Below the pieces are notes generated by a model, which was not told the DNA's origin, made no database searches, and saw only the letters and a program-made list of their open reading frames with translations. The translations under genes were made by a program, and so were the position numbers. 64,000 nucleotides of DNA from Lama glama (lineage: Eukaryota): contig CM052832.1 of NCBI GenBank assembly GCA_028534125.1, forward strand, positions 6,946,001-7,010,000. Reading direction: 5' to 3'. Of this stretch, positions 22,411 through 35,700 are shown piece after piece; position 1 is the stretch's first letter, and the number at the start of each line of letters is the position of its first letter.

Positions 22411-25124
22411 AGAACAAAAATGAGACGAACACGGATGTTGGCGTCAGAAACTACTGCTTCAGCTCTTACTTTTTGACCCCTAGCCAGCGCTTCCAAACCT
22501 CCCACCCATTTAGTCTATTTTCTGCTTGCTCGTTGCCCACTTTCTCGGTGCGCTTCCCTCCTCTCCAAGGTATGCAGTCCCTCCCCTTATCCACGCATGT
22601 GGAGCCTTCAGTTCCAAGGGCCCATTGTCTGATGCCACTTTATGGAAGGGACTTGAGCATCCGTGGGTTCTTTGGTACCCGAGGGAGTCCGTGCGTGAGA
22701 AGGGGAGAGCTCTGCAGACAGCACCCAAGGATCACCCACATATCTGGGGTCAGAGGGAGAGGAGGGAACCAGGGAGGAAGATTAAGGACTCATCAGTGAG
22801 GAGGGGGGATCATGATGAAGAGGAAGAAAGGCTTGCCGGGAAAGGCTGACCTGTGGTATAAAACACTGCACAGGAGGTCATGGGTGAGTTTGCCTGCTGT
22901 GTTCAGCTTTCTGGAAGTGTCCTCAGGCATCCTTCTCTGACTGTTTCTCTCACCTGCATCAGCCCTGTACTCAGATCCTGCACAACAGGAGAGTCAGGCT
23001 GACCAGGGAGAGTGGTCCCTCCTCCCTGGGGATGCGGGGGTGCAGAGGGAGGCTGTGGGGAATGTGACCAAGGACTCACGTGGCCTGAGGAAGGATGTCT
23101 TTGACATGGGAGAGAGCAGCCTGTGTTTTGATTCGGCTCTGGGAGTCCCGGCTCTGGGCCCCACACACTAGTTTTTCAATCTTGCAGGGAAAAGTTATGT
23201 CATTTGTCTTGAAGGTTTATAGAGTTTTGAAGAAGAAGGGTTCCGGGGAGGGGGCAGGCGTCATCCATCCCACCTTTGGCATGTCCGGTAACAAGCCTGG
23301 AGTTGGCTGCAGTCAGCTCTGTCCCCACCCCGGATCCCACATCCGCCTGGCAGGGCTCACTCTCAGCCATGCTGGTGGCCTCCGTCTTTGATGTCCTCCA
23401 TCTCTGTCCACAAGGACCCCTCACCTCCTGGCACTTCTCCGTTCCCCTTCCTCTGAGATGCCACCATGGTACATAGACCCCAGGCGACCCAAGATCGGGC
23501 AGCAGCCCCCAAACTCAGCAGCGATGGATCCCCTCACTCCCAGACTTGCTCTGCTCTCTGCCACTGGGACACCAGTTTGACACCAGTTTGGCTCCTTGAG
23601 CATACCCCTTCCCTCAAGGGGTTTCTTTTACACCTTTAATTTGTCTCGTAAGACAATCTAGGCTTCTCTCCCTGAATATCCATCTTGCATTCTGCAGCGC
23701 CTACCCTCCAACTGCTGTTTGAATAGATTCTAAAAACCACTGCCAAACGCCTTGGCTTTCAAGAAATTCATTTTGGCTACTTCTTCTAATCCGGGCATAA
23801 ATAGTAGATTTTACTTTATTTTCCCCAATTTCTCTTTTTCCTGCTGCCCGCGTCCTATCTGCTCTGCCGGTTCATTTCACTTTCTGCGCATGTTGCCTGT
23901 TCCAGGCAACTAACAAATGGATCTGAGGTGCATTTTAAGTTCTCTCTTCTTATTCCCTATTTTTAAAGTCCACTCTTCATTCCTCCAGCCCTATCTTGTG
24001 TCCCTAGATGTAGTTAGTATCCCTGCCCGGCTGACCGTCTCCTGTTTGGCACATGTCACATTCTGCTGTACTTTTCCCTGTTTCCTTTTTGGTTGGAGAG
24101 AAAGTGGACACATGTGGACTGATGACAAGAATCAGTGTTTCTCCTGCTCTGTTCACATTTATAGCTTCCTTCCTTGTGTGTAAACCCACTTCCACAGACT
24201 CTCGTCCCCCGGCTAAGAGGTCTAAAAAGTCCCAAACCCAACCTGTTTGTATCCTAGCCATATGTCACATGCAGCCTCACAGCTCTTCCTACCCACATCG
24301 GCATATTCCTTTTTAACGCATGGAACACAGGCTGTCTGTACCGCATATTTCTGTGCTGAATGGTGTTTCCCCTAAACTGGATGATTTGGTTTTTCAAGGC
24401 TTCCTTGGAATTCCCTTATCTCACCCCACCTTGCTTTCTCTGTTATTTCTGCCTCGGTATGTGTCTGCCTTGGGGACTATTTTAAAACGTGCACTCCACT
24501 TGTACCAGAAAGACTTTATAGCCACTCATGGGGACACGTGAATCACAGCAAAGCAGCGTATACCAGAAGGAGGTGAGAAAGAGAAACAAGGAGGCCATAA
24601 AATGTGCTCAGGGCGAATGAACAGGAAAGGCAGCTCCCAGAGCCCTGATGCTGACCCCGAATGGGGCTTGGACCCCAGAAGATAAAAATCAAAGCAACCT
24701 CGCAGAAGAGGGACATACTCCTAGTTTGGTGCTTGAGCCATCATCACAGAAGAGCCATTGTCGTCATTTTTTTGTCCTTTCCCTTCTGTGACTTCCCCTC
24801 CCGCTCTCTGTAGCATCCGGGCCCACTGACTGCATGTCAGTGTGACTTGTCTGTCTTTACCCTGCCTGCCATTTGGGTCGCACCCCTGCCCTTTACACAC
24901 CTGACATCCAATTTCTTCTTTTTCCTCATCATCTCGAGAGCAGGCTGCCCACGCCCATCTCTCTTTTGTTAACCCCCTTCATAGACCAACTCTTAAAATA
25001 ATTATCTACACTCTGAGTCTATACTTAGTTTCCACGTAACTCCATCAAGCATTGCCTGGACCAACCTTTGTAAATGTCACCAGTGATGCACGTTGTACAA
25101 AATCCAACAGGCATTTTATTTACT

Positions 25125-25686
25125 AATTAATTAAAGTATTTATGTATTAATTTGAGGTATAATTGACAAATAAGGTTATGTCAGTTTCAGGTGCACAACA
25201 TAATCGTTCAATATTTGTACACGATGCAAAATGATCACCACCGTCATTAGCATCCATCACTGTACACGGTTACAAATTTTTTTTTCTTGTCATGAGAACT
25301 TTTAAGATTTACTCTTTTGGTGGCTTTCAAATATGCAGTACAGTATTATTCACTATAGTAGTCCTGTGCTCCATGACATCCCCAGGACTTAATTTATTTT
25401 ATAACCGAAAGATTGTAGCTTTTCACCCCCTTCACCCGTTTTGCTCACCCTCCCCACCCGCTCCGCCTGAGGCCACTGCCCATCTGTCCTCTGTGTCTAA
25501 GAGCTCTGGTTTGTGTTTGTTGGTTTTGTTTTTAGATTCCACAGACAGGTGAGATCATATCTGTCTTTCTCTGTCTGACTTATGTGACTTAGCATAATAC
25601 CCTCCAGGCCCATCCATCCGTGTTGTTGCAAATGACAAGATGTCCTTCTTCCTACGGCTGAATAATATTCCATTGTGTGTATGTAT

Positions 25687-25722
<36 letters not shown>

Positions 25723-25895
25723 GATCATCCATCGATGGGCTGGACCTAGGCTGTGTTCATGTCTTGGCTATTGTACATCCTGCTGCAGTGAACACTGGGG
25801 GCGGGGCACAGATGTCTTTTTGAGTTAGTGCTTTTGTTTCCTTGGGATAAGTTTGCAGGAGTGGGGCTGCTGGATCAGGACAGTCTGTTTTTATT
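25125..25895 (-). mobile_element. L1 3' region (L1MA-like) with an internal (CA)n(TA)n
   Basis: 'tgaggtataattgaca', 'gagaacttttaagatttactct', 'ttttagattccaca...gtgagatcat', 'ggctgaataatattccattgtg', 'tgctggatca'. Confidence 0.9.
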
Positions 25896-27399
25896 AAGAC
25901 TGATAGGCCCCTGTGCTGTGTTTGCAAAGATATACCCCTTTCCACTGTGGAATGGCCTGTGACATCCTAACATCCTCCTGCTAAAATATCTGCCCTAATA
26001 AGATACTTCCAACTTCCTAAATAAAGTCCTAGAACCCCTTTGTGGGACCCAGTGCTTGTGTCTGGAGTCCCATGATGCGGTTGAGTCGTCTCCCCAGCTT
26101 CTGGCCTTCGTTCTTTGTAAATGTAGCGGCCATACTTTCCAAACTGAAAAATCAGACGTCTAACAACTTGCCTTCATTGAAAACAATCGAACTATAAGAA
26201 ATCGGTGCTGTCCCCAGTCCACATCCACACCTGGCTGCCACTGTGGGGGGAAGGCGAGTGCATCACGGTTCCGGCCACCTCCTGGCCCCAGGTCCTTGGC
26301 CGGAACAAATGAGTCCTCATTAGCCATGACCTTCTCTGGGCAGTCATGGTTCTGTTTCCAAACAGGAGCCAAGGTTTCCTCCTTCCTGAGACAGGTGTCA
26401 GCAGCTTCACTTCCCGGGACCTGGAAGCGGGCCGCGGGCTCCCTGGGTTGCCCCTGAGAAAGTGGATTGTCACAGGCACATACCCCGGAGAAGACTCTCA
26501 GGGCATGTAGAACCCTCGGTGAGCTCATCCCTGCACTGGGCTGCTATTGCTGCAGGATGGAAATGTGACTGAAGGACCACATCGTGGTTGTCATCACAAT
26601 GCCAGTTACCCTGGTCCAGCCTCTCGTTCCCCCTCATCATCTCCCGGAACCCTCGGGAAAGTCATCTTGAGCGAAGCCACTGCCACATTCCTTCCTCCTT
26701 CCTTCTCCTTCCTGCATTCAGGCCCAAATCTTCAAACCCCTCCTGTCTTCTCTTCTAAGAGGTGCCCCCAGCAGGGGCCATGCTCCTGGCTGATGCTGGA
26801 GAAAGACTCTGTGTGTAGCACCAGTGGTCCTTCTTTCCCTGCTGTGCTCCCAGGGGCTCGTGCTCCTGCGAGCTCACCCCCGCCCATCCACCTCGCAGCC
26901 TGCCTGCCTCAATCAGACCAGCACACAGACTCCTCCTCCTCCTAGCTCTGCTCCCCTCCATCCCTGGCATCAAGGTGCCTTCTCCCCAGCACACGCCCCT
27001 CACTCCTTTTTAACAAGATCTGTCAGACCCCCTTGAGTTACTTATATTAAACAAGACCATCTTATCTTATATTAATGTAAGATCTCCTTCTTCATGTTCT
27101 CTTCTCTAAGATGGAGATTATAATCGTGCCATTTCTTGCATGGTCATGTTAATCAAATGATGAATGCATTAAAGTGCTTGGGGCAGTTCCCAGCGCACAG
27201 TAGGCACCAATGTGTGATGACTGTTACTGCTGCCGTGTTACTGTCGTTACTGTCACGGATCCTCCTCCAAATTCTCTGGTGCCCACCCTTTGGACTGGGC
27301 AGCCCGGCTCTCCCTACAATGCAGAAGTGTGTGCTGCCCTCTTCTGGCAGGTGGATGAATCGGTGCTAGGGACAGTGCCGATTTTAAGGGTAGGGAGGC

Positions 27400-29000
27400 C
27401 TGCGGACTTGCAAGCGTCGTCCGCCGGGAGGAACTCAGTTGTGCCTAAGCTTTAGCTGGGGGTTCCAGAAGATCTCCTTTGGGGAAGGGGCAGAGGTCGA
27501 AGCCACGTTCCTTTACCTGTCCTCTGCGCGCAGGACGGGGCGTGTGCATCTGGCCGGATGGACCCTCCAGGGGTTGCCGGCTGCCTGGTGATAAGCTGTG
27601 CTCCATCAGCTGCTTCTCTCTCCCTTCCTCCTCCCCCTTCCGCCACCCCCAGGCTTTGCTGCCTTTATGAACTTCCTTGACCTAAAATAAGAAAGTGTTT
27701 GAAAGCAGTCAGAGCGGCCTGGGAGGGCTGTTAGCCCAGAGCTAACAAGCTCCTTACTATCGAAGCCCCCTCGCTTTCTCCCAGAGCCTCGTGAGAGCCC
27801 GCTGCCCAGGGGTGGGGGCAGGGGGCGCGGGCAGGTGGCAGGAGGTGAAGCGGAGCGTTTTTTCCAGATTCCGCAGGATGTGGGGAGCCACATTTAGGAG
27901 GGAGTGTGTGCCTTTATTATTTCAAGCCTTTTCCATCGCAGGCCTGCCTGCCTGCCTGCCTTCCTCCCTTCCTCTCTTCCTCCCCCCAACTCCCAGCCCC
28001 ATGTCACGGTGGGCCAAGAGGCAAGGCCTTTCCGAGGAGGGGCTGGCCCCCCCCCCCGCCCCCCGCATTCAGCCTGGGGCTCAGAGGCGAAAGCTAAGGC
28101 TGTATGTAAAAAGTGGTCGGGAAGTGAGTTGTAATCACCCTGCTCCCAGACAGAGGTCACTGAGGTGGGGCCCCAGGTCTCTTCTGCAGGAAACCCTGGC
28201 CTGTTCTTTTGGAGGGAGGTAGCTGGGTTCCACTCGGGACAGCGGGTTCCTTGGAAGGAGGCCTGAGCCCAGGCCATTATCATGAGGGAGGCTCCGGGGT
28301 GGTCCCGGGACCACCCTCGCGCTGAGGATAACGAGGTAACTGTCTTCCCACTTCCTCATAAAGCAGCCACCACCGCTGTCTCGTTTTCAAAACGCCTCTG
28401 GTCATAAAGGAAGCCTTCAGGCTGCCTTTCTTGGCCACCCCTGTGCGCACATCACCAGCTCAGGGTGTTTGTTTGTTTGTTGGGTTAACATTTTTTTTGC
28501 TTTGATTCACATTCTTACCCAGAAAAACAACCTAGGCTCGGTGGGACCCACCTCCAAGGTGGGGCAAGCCCTGCAGAGATGCTGTCCCAGGCAGGAGGGA
28601 GGGGAAGGGGTGAACAGTTCCTTCTGGAACCTACGAGGTTGCCTAGGGGAGCCCTCCAGAGGTCTTTGATTTGGTTCATTATTGAGGCAGAGGCTGGCAG
28701 TGTATAATTTAACAGATTTTGCTCCTGAAATGAATCCTTGGGCAGTCGTAAGGAAAGCAGTTGGTGGCGTGGTGGCTGCTGAAGGGGGCAGGCCCAGGGA
28801 GGGCGGTGGGGGAGGCAGGGGGAAGGGGAGGGAGGGTCCTGCGTGGGTGGGCACATTCATTAGTGGAGGGAGCCCTGTGAGCTGTGTGGGCTCCCGGCAG
28901 TGGAGCCGAGACCACCAACACCATTCCATGTGGCAGAATTTCCCGCCGTCTGACCAGAACGGGGCTCGCCTGGCCTGGCCTGGCCTGGCCTCAGATCAAG
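27400..29000. promoter_or_regulatory. GC-rich, repeat-free intronic island: candidate enhancer or alternative promoter
   Basis: Higher GC/CpG than the flanks, GC boxes (ccccgccccc about 28055), ETS-like cgggaagtg (28118), GATA tgataag (27589) and G-run clusters. Confidence 0.4.
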
Positions 29001-30484
29001 GCCTGGGGAATAAAGGAACATTAAATGACTAATTTGAACACGAGTTAAATGCGCTTTCACCTCTGGCTACCATTACTTTATCCCGTGCCTCTGATGTCTC
29101 CTGTGCAGTCTGTACGTGGGCGCCCAGCATCTCTCTCTCTCTCCCTCCACATACACACATACACAGCGTGCGTGTGTTCCGGTATTTCTGTGCACCAGCA
29201 GAGGCCATTACACATCTCCTTAAATAAACAGGGTCATAGGTCAATTAATCTGGGGAAAAAAATGCCTTTGCATGTGAAGCTGCGTTAGAGACAGAACATG
29301 ATCGGGTCTCTCGGCTTTACGGTCAAGCCTGATGGCGTGTAGACACAGAAGTGTGAGAGTGTGCGCATGCATCTGGGTGTCTCACGGCCGTGTTTCGTCG
29401 TGTGCCTGCCAGTCAGGAGTGTTGCAGTTGGTTTATACATGACTGCACTCCTAGCTCCTCCACTGTCATCAGAACATAGCTTTGAGGGAAAATTCCGCCT
29501 CTTATCTGTTGGCTCTCGGTGGAGAATGGCTCTGGGAAAATTAGCTTTCAGAAGGGGGTCTTCATTTGTGGTAGAGCCAGGGCTGAAAGTGACAAGATAT
29601 GAACCCCAGGTGGAGTGTGGAACCTTCTAGCAGGAACTTCAGATGCCCCGGTTAGGAACTCTCCTTGTCAACTGTGTGGCCGTCTTGTCCAGGCAGGATG
29701 GGCAACATTCTCTCCATCTCACAGAGGAAAAGCTGAAGCTTGGATAAAGACTTACCGGGGAGCCCATGATGGGTGCGGGACGAACCAGGCATTTCTCAGC
29801 TTTTAAACTCTCCTGCTGCAAACCAGTAACACTAAACGTAAGAATTGAAACCAGGGGTTAAATCCAGTCTGGTATTTATCAGCAGCTTTAGAGAGGACAC
29901 TTTATTGAAAAATAAAATCGCTACACAGAACCTTGACTTTAAAACCTCTAGCCTTCTTTAAAACCCTGCTCTCGAGGCGTCTTTCCAGAAGGCACCCCAG
30001 CCCACCTCAAGCCTATTCATGAGTTTAGCCTGAGAAGCCTCATCAGCTAAAGAGGGTCCTATGTTTAGGACTTAAGTGTCAGGGAACACTTAATTTTGTT
30101 TGCCTTGTTATCTAGACCATTTTCCAACTTGAATGGATGTTTGAATCCCCTGGGGGTCTTGTGACAACACCAGGTCGGCGGTGGCATTCCCTCCTTGTTT
30201 GGCTCTGATGACCCTGCAGGAGGGCACGCCAGGCCAAACAGATAGAATCCCTGCATCTGTCCCCAAGGAACTACATCTCATCCCACAAAGAAAAGCACCA
30301 TCAGAGGTCCTCTGAGGAGAGGAAACCAGTTACAGGAACACAGGGAGACACACAGGTCACATTTTAGGGTCTCTTGCCTTTCCTCAGGCCCCACTGAAAA
30401 ACTCATTCTTCCAGCAAACACGTGTTCAAGACCAGGCACTGCCCAACATGCTAGAATAATGTCATAATGAAATATTGGCAATAT

Positions 30485-31010
30485 CTGTGTGTATTGGCAA
30501 AGGTTGTGTTTGGCTGCATATAACAGAAACCTAATCACGGAGGCTAAAGCAAATATTTATTACATTTTCCTTAGCAAAAACCTGTATGGCATTTTACTAC
30601 GTGCCATGCCCTGCTCTAAGCGCTCTTTGTAAATGTTTACTTCTGAGCAGGAGTTTGCTTTTCTCACATCACAAGAAGTCTGGAGAGTAGAGAGTTTCAA
30701 GCTGTTGTAGCTGCTTAAAGAATCACGGATCCATATCCTTGGAGCACCTGATTCTTAGTATGTGACTCTCATCCTCATGTCACAGAATAGTTTCTCCACT
30801 TCCAGACATTACATCTGAGTTCCAGGCAGTACCAGTTGTGTCTTGTCTTTTCTTCCCAGAAGCATAGCCATCAATTTACACTTACATATTGTTGGCAAGA
30901 ACTTGATCATTTGGCCTCCTCCAGTCTGGGAGTCTGGGAAAATAGGTATTTGTGACCCAGCATGTTTTGCTACTCTGAAAAAAAAATCTGGATTCTCTTG
31001 GTAGCAAAGA
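30485..31010 (-). mobile_element. Old MaLR LTR (MLT1J/K/L-like) with an embedded MIR-like piece
   Basis: 'gtttggctgcatataacagaaac', 'ctctcatcctcatg', 'acatctgagttccaggcag', 'ttggcaagaacttgatcatttggcc', 'gagtctgggaaaat'. Confidence 0.6.
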
Positions 31011-31739
31011 AGGTAAGAGTGAATTCTTGCATATAATTCACTTTCAACTTAAGATGATTTTTTTTTAACGCAGTGAAAATATCTGACCTGGCCATGCCAA
31101 AAAAAGAAATACTATCTCAGATTCTCCCTTGGGGTTGACCAGGTCTGAATCATTGCCCCACCTAAATTTTAGGAAACAGAAGTATAAAATTGCACACTTA
31201 ATCTGTGACACTCTTTCTCCAAACTTTAGAAGACACAAGACTCATGTAGTAAAAGCTGTGTAGTAAAAACAAAAACACCCAGTGGATACAGTTTCTCCCC
31301 GCAGACTGTAATCCATGTGGAAGCAAGAGCAGGCGCCCAGAGATCTGCTCTGAGCAAGAGAGGGGCCAGGTCCAATTGTGGCATATCTGGGAAATTCTGC
31401 AAAAGTATTGGTCACCCCCAACCCCTGCTCTACTTAACCTCTAAGTTTGCCTCATTGCATGACTATTAGCAAGAAGGCTCGCTCTGGTGGGACTGCGGTT
31501 ACTGAGGCAGAGTCAGAGTGAAAGGACCAGCTGAATACGCCAAAAAAAAAAAAAAAAAGACTGTAATTCATCTGAGGTGACTTCCTCGGGGCAGAGGACG
31601 AGTTCAGCAGAGTATTTGTTAAGCAGTCTTTTTCCTTGCAACGCTAAGAATTTATTAGCTGTTTTGTAGCTTTGATCCTTATGCATCAGCGTCATCACAC
31701 ACTGCACCATTCTGAGCCCGCTGCGGGTTTTACCCATGG

Positions 31740-31870
31740 CAGTACTATCAGGTGTGCTGGGCTAGGAGCCCTTGTTTTACAGACGAGGAAACTGAGACAC
31801 AAGAGGTTAAGCTAGTAGGTTGCAGAGCCAGGATCCCAACCTATGCAGCTGGCCCTGCGGTCTGTGCAAT
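31740..31870 (-). mobile_element. MIR SINE fragment
   Basis: 'ttttacagacgaggaaactgagacacaagaggttaag...gcagagccaggatcccaacc'. Confidence 0.75.
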
Positions 31871-32693
31871 TGACATGTGCACGTCACACATTTAATACAG
31901 TCCATTATTTAACATGCATGTGGTGCTGAGTCTTTGAACAACAGTAAAAGAAGGTCATTTGGGAAACTCTGATCAAATTAGCTCATAAAACAAGAAATAC
32001 TGATGGAAAAGCTCCCATGTATGTTTTGCTACGTGTACACAACAATCCTAGCTTCACCAATGGAGTCCTAGCTCAGCAGTCCACGGGGGACGAGGAGTTC
32101 CAAACCTGGCCCACAGAGGGCGCTCCAGAGATACCTGTTTCACCAATCAAAGACTGGAAAAGAATTTATAGGACAGTCCCCAAACGACTAAAACCGGTAA
32201 TCATTTAAATATAGACTTGTGGTGGCAGGGTGGCCATTTTAAAATTTGTTAATGCTCTGGCATAAAAAGGTGTGGGCATTTGAGGATGAAGACAGAATGT
32301 GGTTAAGTCATCTCAGCCTGTTGGGCGGGGCTGAGCGTGGCTAAAGACAGTCTCCAGGTCTCAACACGGGCACAGACGACTGAGGAACTGAGACTCTCCC
32401 TTGACCAGCTCATTCCAAATGTCTGAACATCAGCACTCAGCCTAATCTATGGCCTGATACTTAAAAATAACCTGTTGTAACATAACCATTAAAAAAAAAC
32501 CCTCCCAGTTTTCAGCCTGATTCAGTCCGCTGCATAAACTACAACCAGCATTAATAGCTCCAGTCAGCATTTATGCTGGTCTTCCTATTAGCACGATGGG
32601 TTTTACAACCATTTATGAGTTTCTGGGGAGCCTAATAGAAAACACACATCCTTGTTCGCTGTGGAAGTTGCAGAAGCGTGTTCTTTGCTGAGG

Positions 32694-32707
32694 CCAGAAG
32701 GGGGCGC
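32694..32707 (+). promoter_or_regulatory. CTCF-like motif CCAGAAGGGGGCGC
   Basis: One mismatch to the core consensus; a weaker same-strand motif lies at 32110-32124. Confidence 0.35.
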
Positions 32708-35700
32708 CACCTCCCCGTGGCTAGAGGCCGGGCCGGGCTCCCTAATGGGGAACACATTCTCTCCTGGCGGCTCCAGCTCCTTTTCACCCTCCCTGGTGAA
32801 TTTCTGCAGTTTCCTCTTGGCCTGACTCCACTCAGAATCAGGGTTTCTCCGTCTCTCTTTCTCCTCCTGTTGATAAATAACCATTTGGAGCCCTTACATG
32901 GGACAGACTGTGTGCACAACAGGAAATCTACCTGTGAAGCACTCAGTGATAATCTTTCTCTTCAAATTTACTGTGGCTCTTAGGAGATTTAGAAAACTAT
33001 CTGAATCTGGAACCGCCTGTGTTATCCATACCTCCCTTCATACTTTCAACTTTCAAATGATGTCTTACGAAAGGCATGCTGGATGGTCCTCAATTCTTTA
33101 CCAAGCTCGTGGTTTAAACACAGCCTAATAATTACCGAAGACTTGTCTTTCTTTAAAACACATATTTTTGTTGTTATTTGTTCTCGTTGGGAATAATGCT
33201 TCCTAACAAAGGGCAAATATAAAGCTGATTTGCAGAGCTGCGTCAGTAGGATGGTTATTCACAATGATTCCCTACAGGGCTTGGGGAGGAAGCCATGCAG
33301 AGAATCTGTCTCTTCCTCAAGGAGAATCCTTTGGAATCCTTCGGAAATATTTCAGAGAGTGCCCCGTTCACTGGGTGATTCTCTCCATGAAAAGGGGTCA
33401 GAGGGCACCCAACAGTGTCCAAATCCCAATCCACTGCAGTTGTAAGACTTGAATCCTGCCTTGGAAGTAGAGAATTATTTACTGGCCTCTTATTGGAAGA
33501 ACCATAGGAGGTGGCCATTTAATTTGCCCTCCCATTCAAGGCCAAAATCCCTTCTAGAACCGAGAAATAATCCTCATGGCAGCACGAACTCCAGACTCTT
33601 CTCAAGGCCAGCTGACCGCACACGAGGGAACAGCAGGGGTCTGCTGGAGTTGCCATTGCATCTTGCTTTCTCATAAAGCACCTTTCCTGTTTCCCCCAGT
33701 GCCTAGAATCGGGGGCCCAGGAATTGCTTCCCACATATGAGCCCGTCACAGCCACAGCCAATCTGACGACATCCTCCTCTCTGTGAGGCCAAATCCACCA
33801 TTCCTGGTATGATGCCGAAGTGGACAGGAATTCTGCAAACTGTCAGACTGAGAAAACTTCACACACCCAAGTAGCCTGGAGAGAACAAGGGTGAACCCAA
33901 AGAGATGATTCCAGACCACTTGGGCGCCCAAGTGTGTTGAGTGAATGTGGGCACGCACTTCACCCTCTGAGCTCTTGCACATTTCTCCTTGGACCTGGGA
34001 AGCTCTGGGGCGATCCGATAAGCTTCACTCTGACACTGGTTTCTGCCTCAAGTTGATCTCTTGCTCCCAGTCTTTCCCTCAGTCTCTCCTTGCTCCCATC
34101 CTTTCATAAACTTATGTTCTACGGCCATAATAATGATAATGATTGTAGTAATAACGAGCTTTCGTTAAGTCCTGCTGTGCACTGGACTCTATAGAAGATG
34201 CTTTCCCAGCAACCTGTGAACCACCATGACCAGTGGCAGGATTCAAACCCCCGTCTCCTGAATGCCAGAGCGATGGGGCTGCTCTGCTCCAGGGTCTGTT
34301 ATCACAAGCCCTGGCAGGAGAGCCTGTTCTGGGGTTCCCTCACCCTGCTGACCATGACCCAGGCTCTCTCTGTCCTGTCCCTGATGGGACCAGTGACATG
34401 CCAACGGAGCCAGGGGCCCCAACCGCAGCAGAGAAGGGCTCACTGAACCCGGAAGAAAGCCGCTCATCTTCTGCAGCCCTGCTGCCATTTCCGCCTCGGT
34501 GTGGCCCGAGGACCAGGCAGAGATGCCACTTCAGGAGACGAGGGACTATGGGGGTCAACCACCCCTTATCCGCTGCATATTCTGGAAGGTCCCTGTGACT
34601 CAGAGGGTGTGGCCTCTTGTTTCTACTTGCTTTATAATTTTACCTCGATGGGGTCATCCACGCCCAGGTAACCCAGCTGTAACTGGCCCACCTTACTCTC
34701 TAAGGACTTTTGTGACAGAGAAAAGTGATATGATTCTAATCCCAAAACCTGGAAGATGAATGTGGATCTTGACAGAAGACTTTTTAGTGGGAGGAAATGA
34801 GACTGCCCATCGCAAAGGTGAAAGTCCTAAATAGCCCCTTAGAACATCTTTGTCTCTCCTCACAACTGGACCCTACACCAGCATCTACGTCTCTGCCCGC
34901 CTGGCCTGCACCCCCTGTCCCCCAACCCCCACCTCCGCCTCATACCTCTCCTGGGCCTCTCTGCTGCTCCAGCCCCCTCCTCTCTCCTGGATCTTTGGCC
35001 CTGGGCACCCACACAATGCAATTTGACCTCTCTAGGTTTCTAAAGAAAGACTTCTTCCTCCAAAAGGTGAGGGAGAAGTGATAGTAAATTCTGACTATTC
35101 TAGATTTTTTGTTGCCATCACATTTTCATTCACGCTTAAAGCTATCGAATATCAACAAGGTGTAGCCATCTTTGTATTTTTCTCTCCAAGAATATGTGAT
35201 GGCCAGAAAAATCTCTGCTGTGGTCTCCCTCAAACCACAGCTGCATTTTTTCTTTTTCTTTTTTTTTTGGGGGGGGGTCCTTTATATCGACATGGTCTCC
35301 AGTGAGATGATGAAAAGTAAGAACTTCACTCAGTCCTCCAAGTTTCTCAGTATCTAGATAGTTCTTTTGGAGGCAAAACCCAAGTGGATTTCTCTTTTCA
35401 CCCAGATGGTTTGCTGTCTCTCGGGCAATGGGACAGCACTGGCCCTGAGTACAGGCAGAGTTGGTACTTGTTACTGAGAGATGATGTGAGGGGGTCCTGG
35501 TAGGTCTCTCTTCAGAGATGACACCATCTGGAGCCAATCGTGGTCACTGAGAGCACCCAGGATTGTAGCTAAAATCAAGCCATAAATAGCAGAGCACAGA
35601 TGTGTTATCAAACTAGCTGGAAGAAAGGCTCGAGGAGTGGTTTTCTGACAGCCACACCCTGGTCGGGGGATAAGGGTAGGTGAGAGAGTTCTGCAGCACG

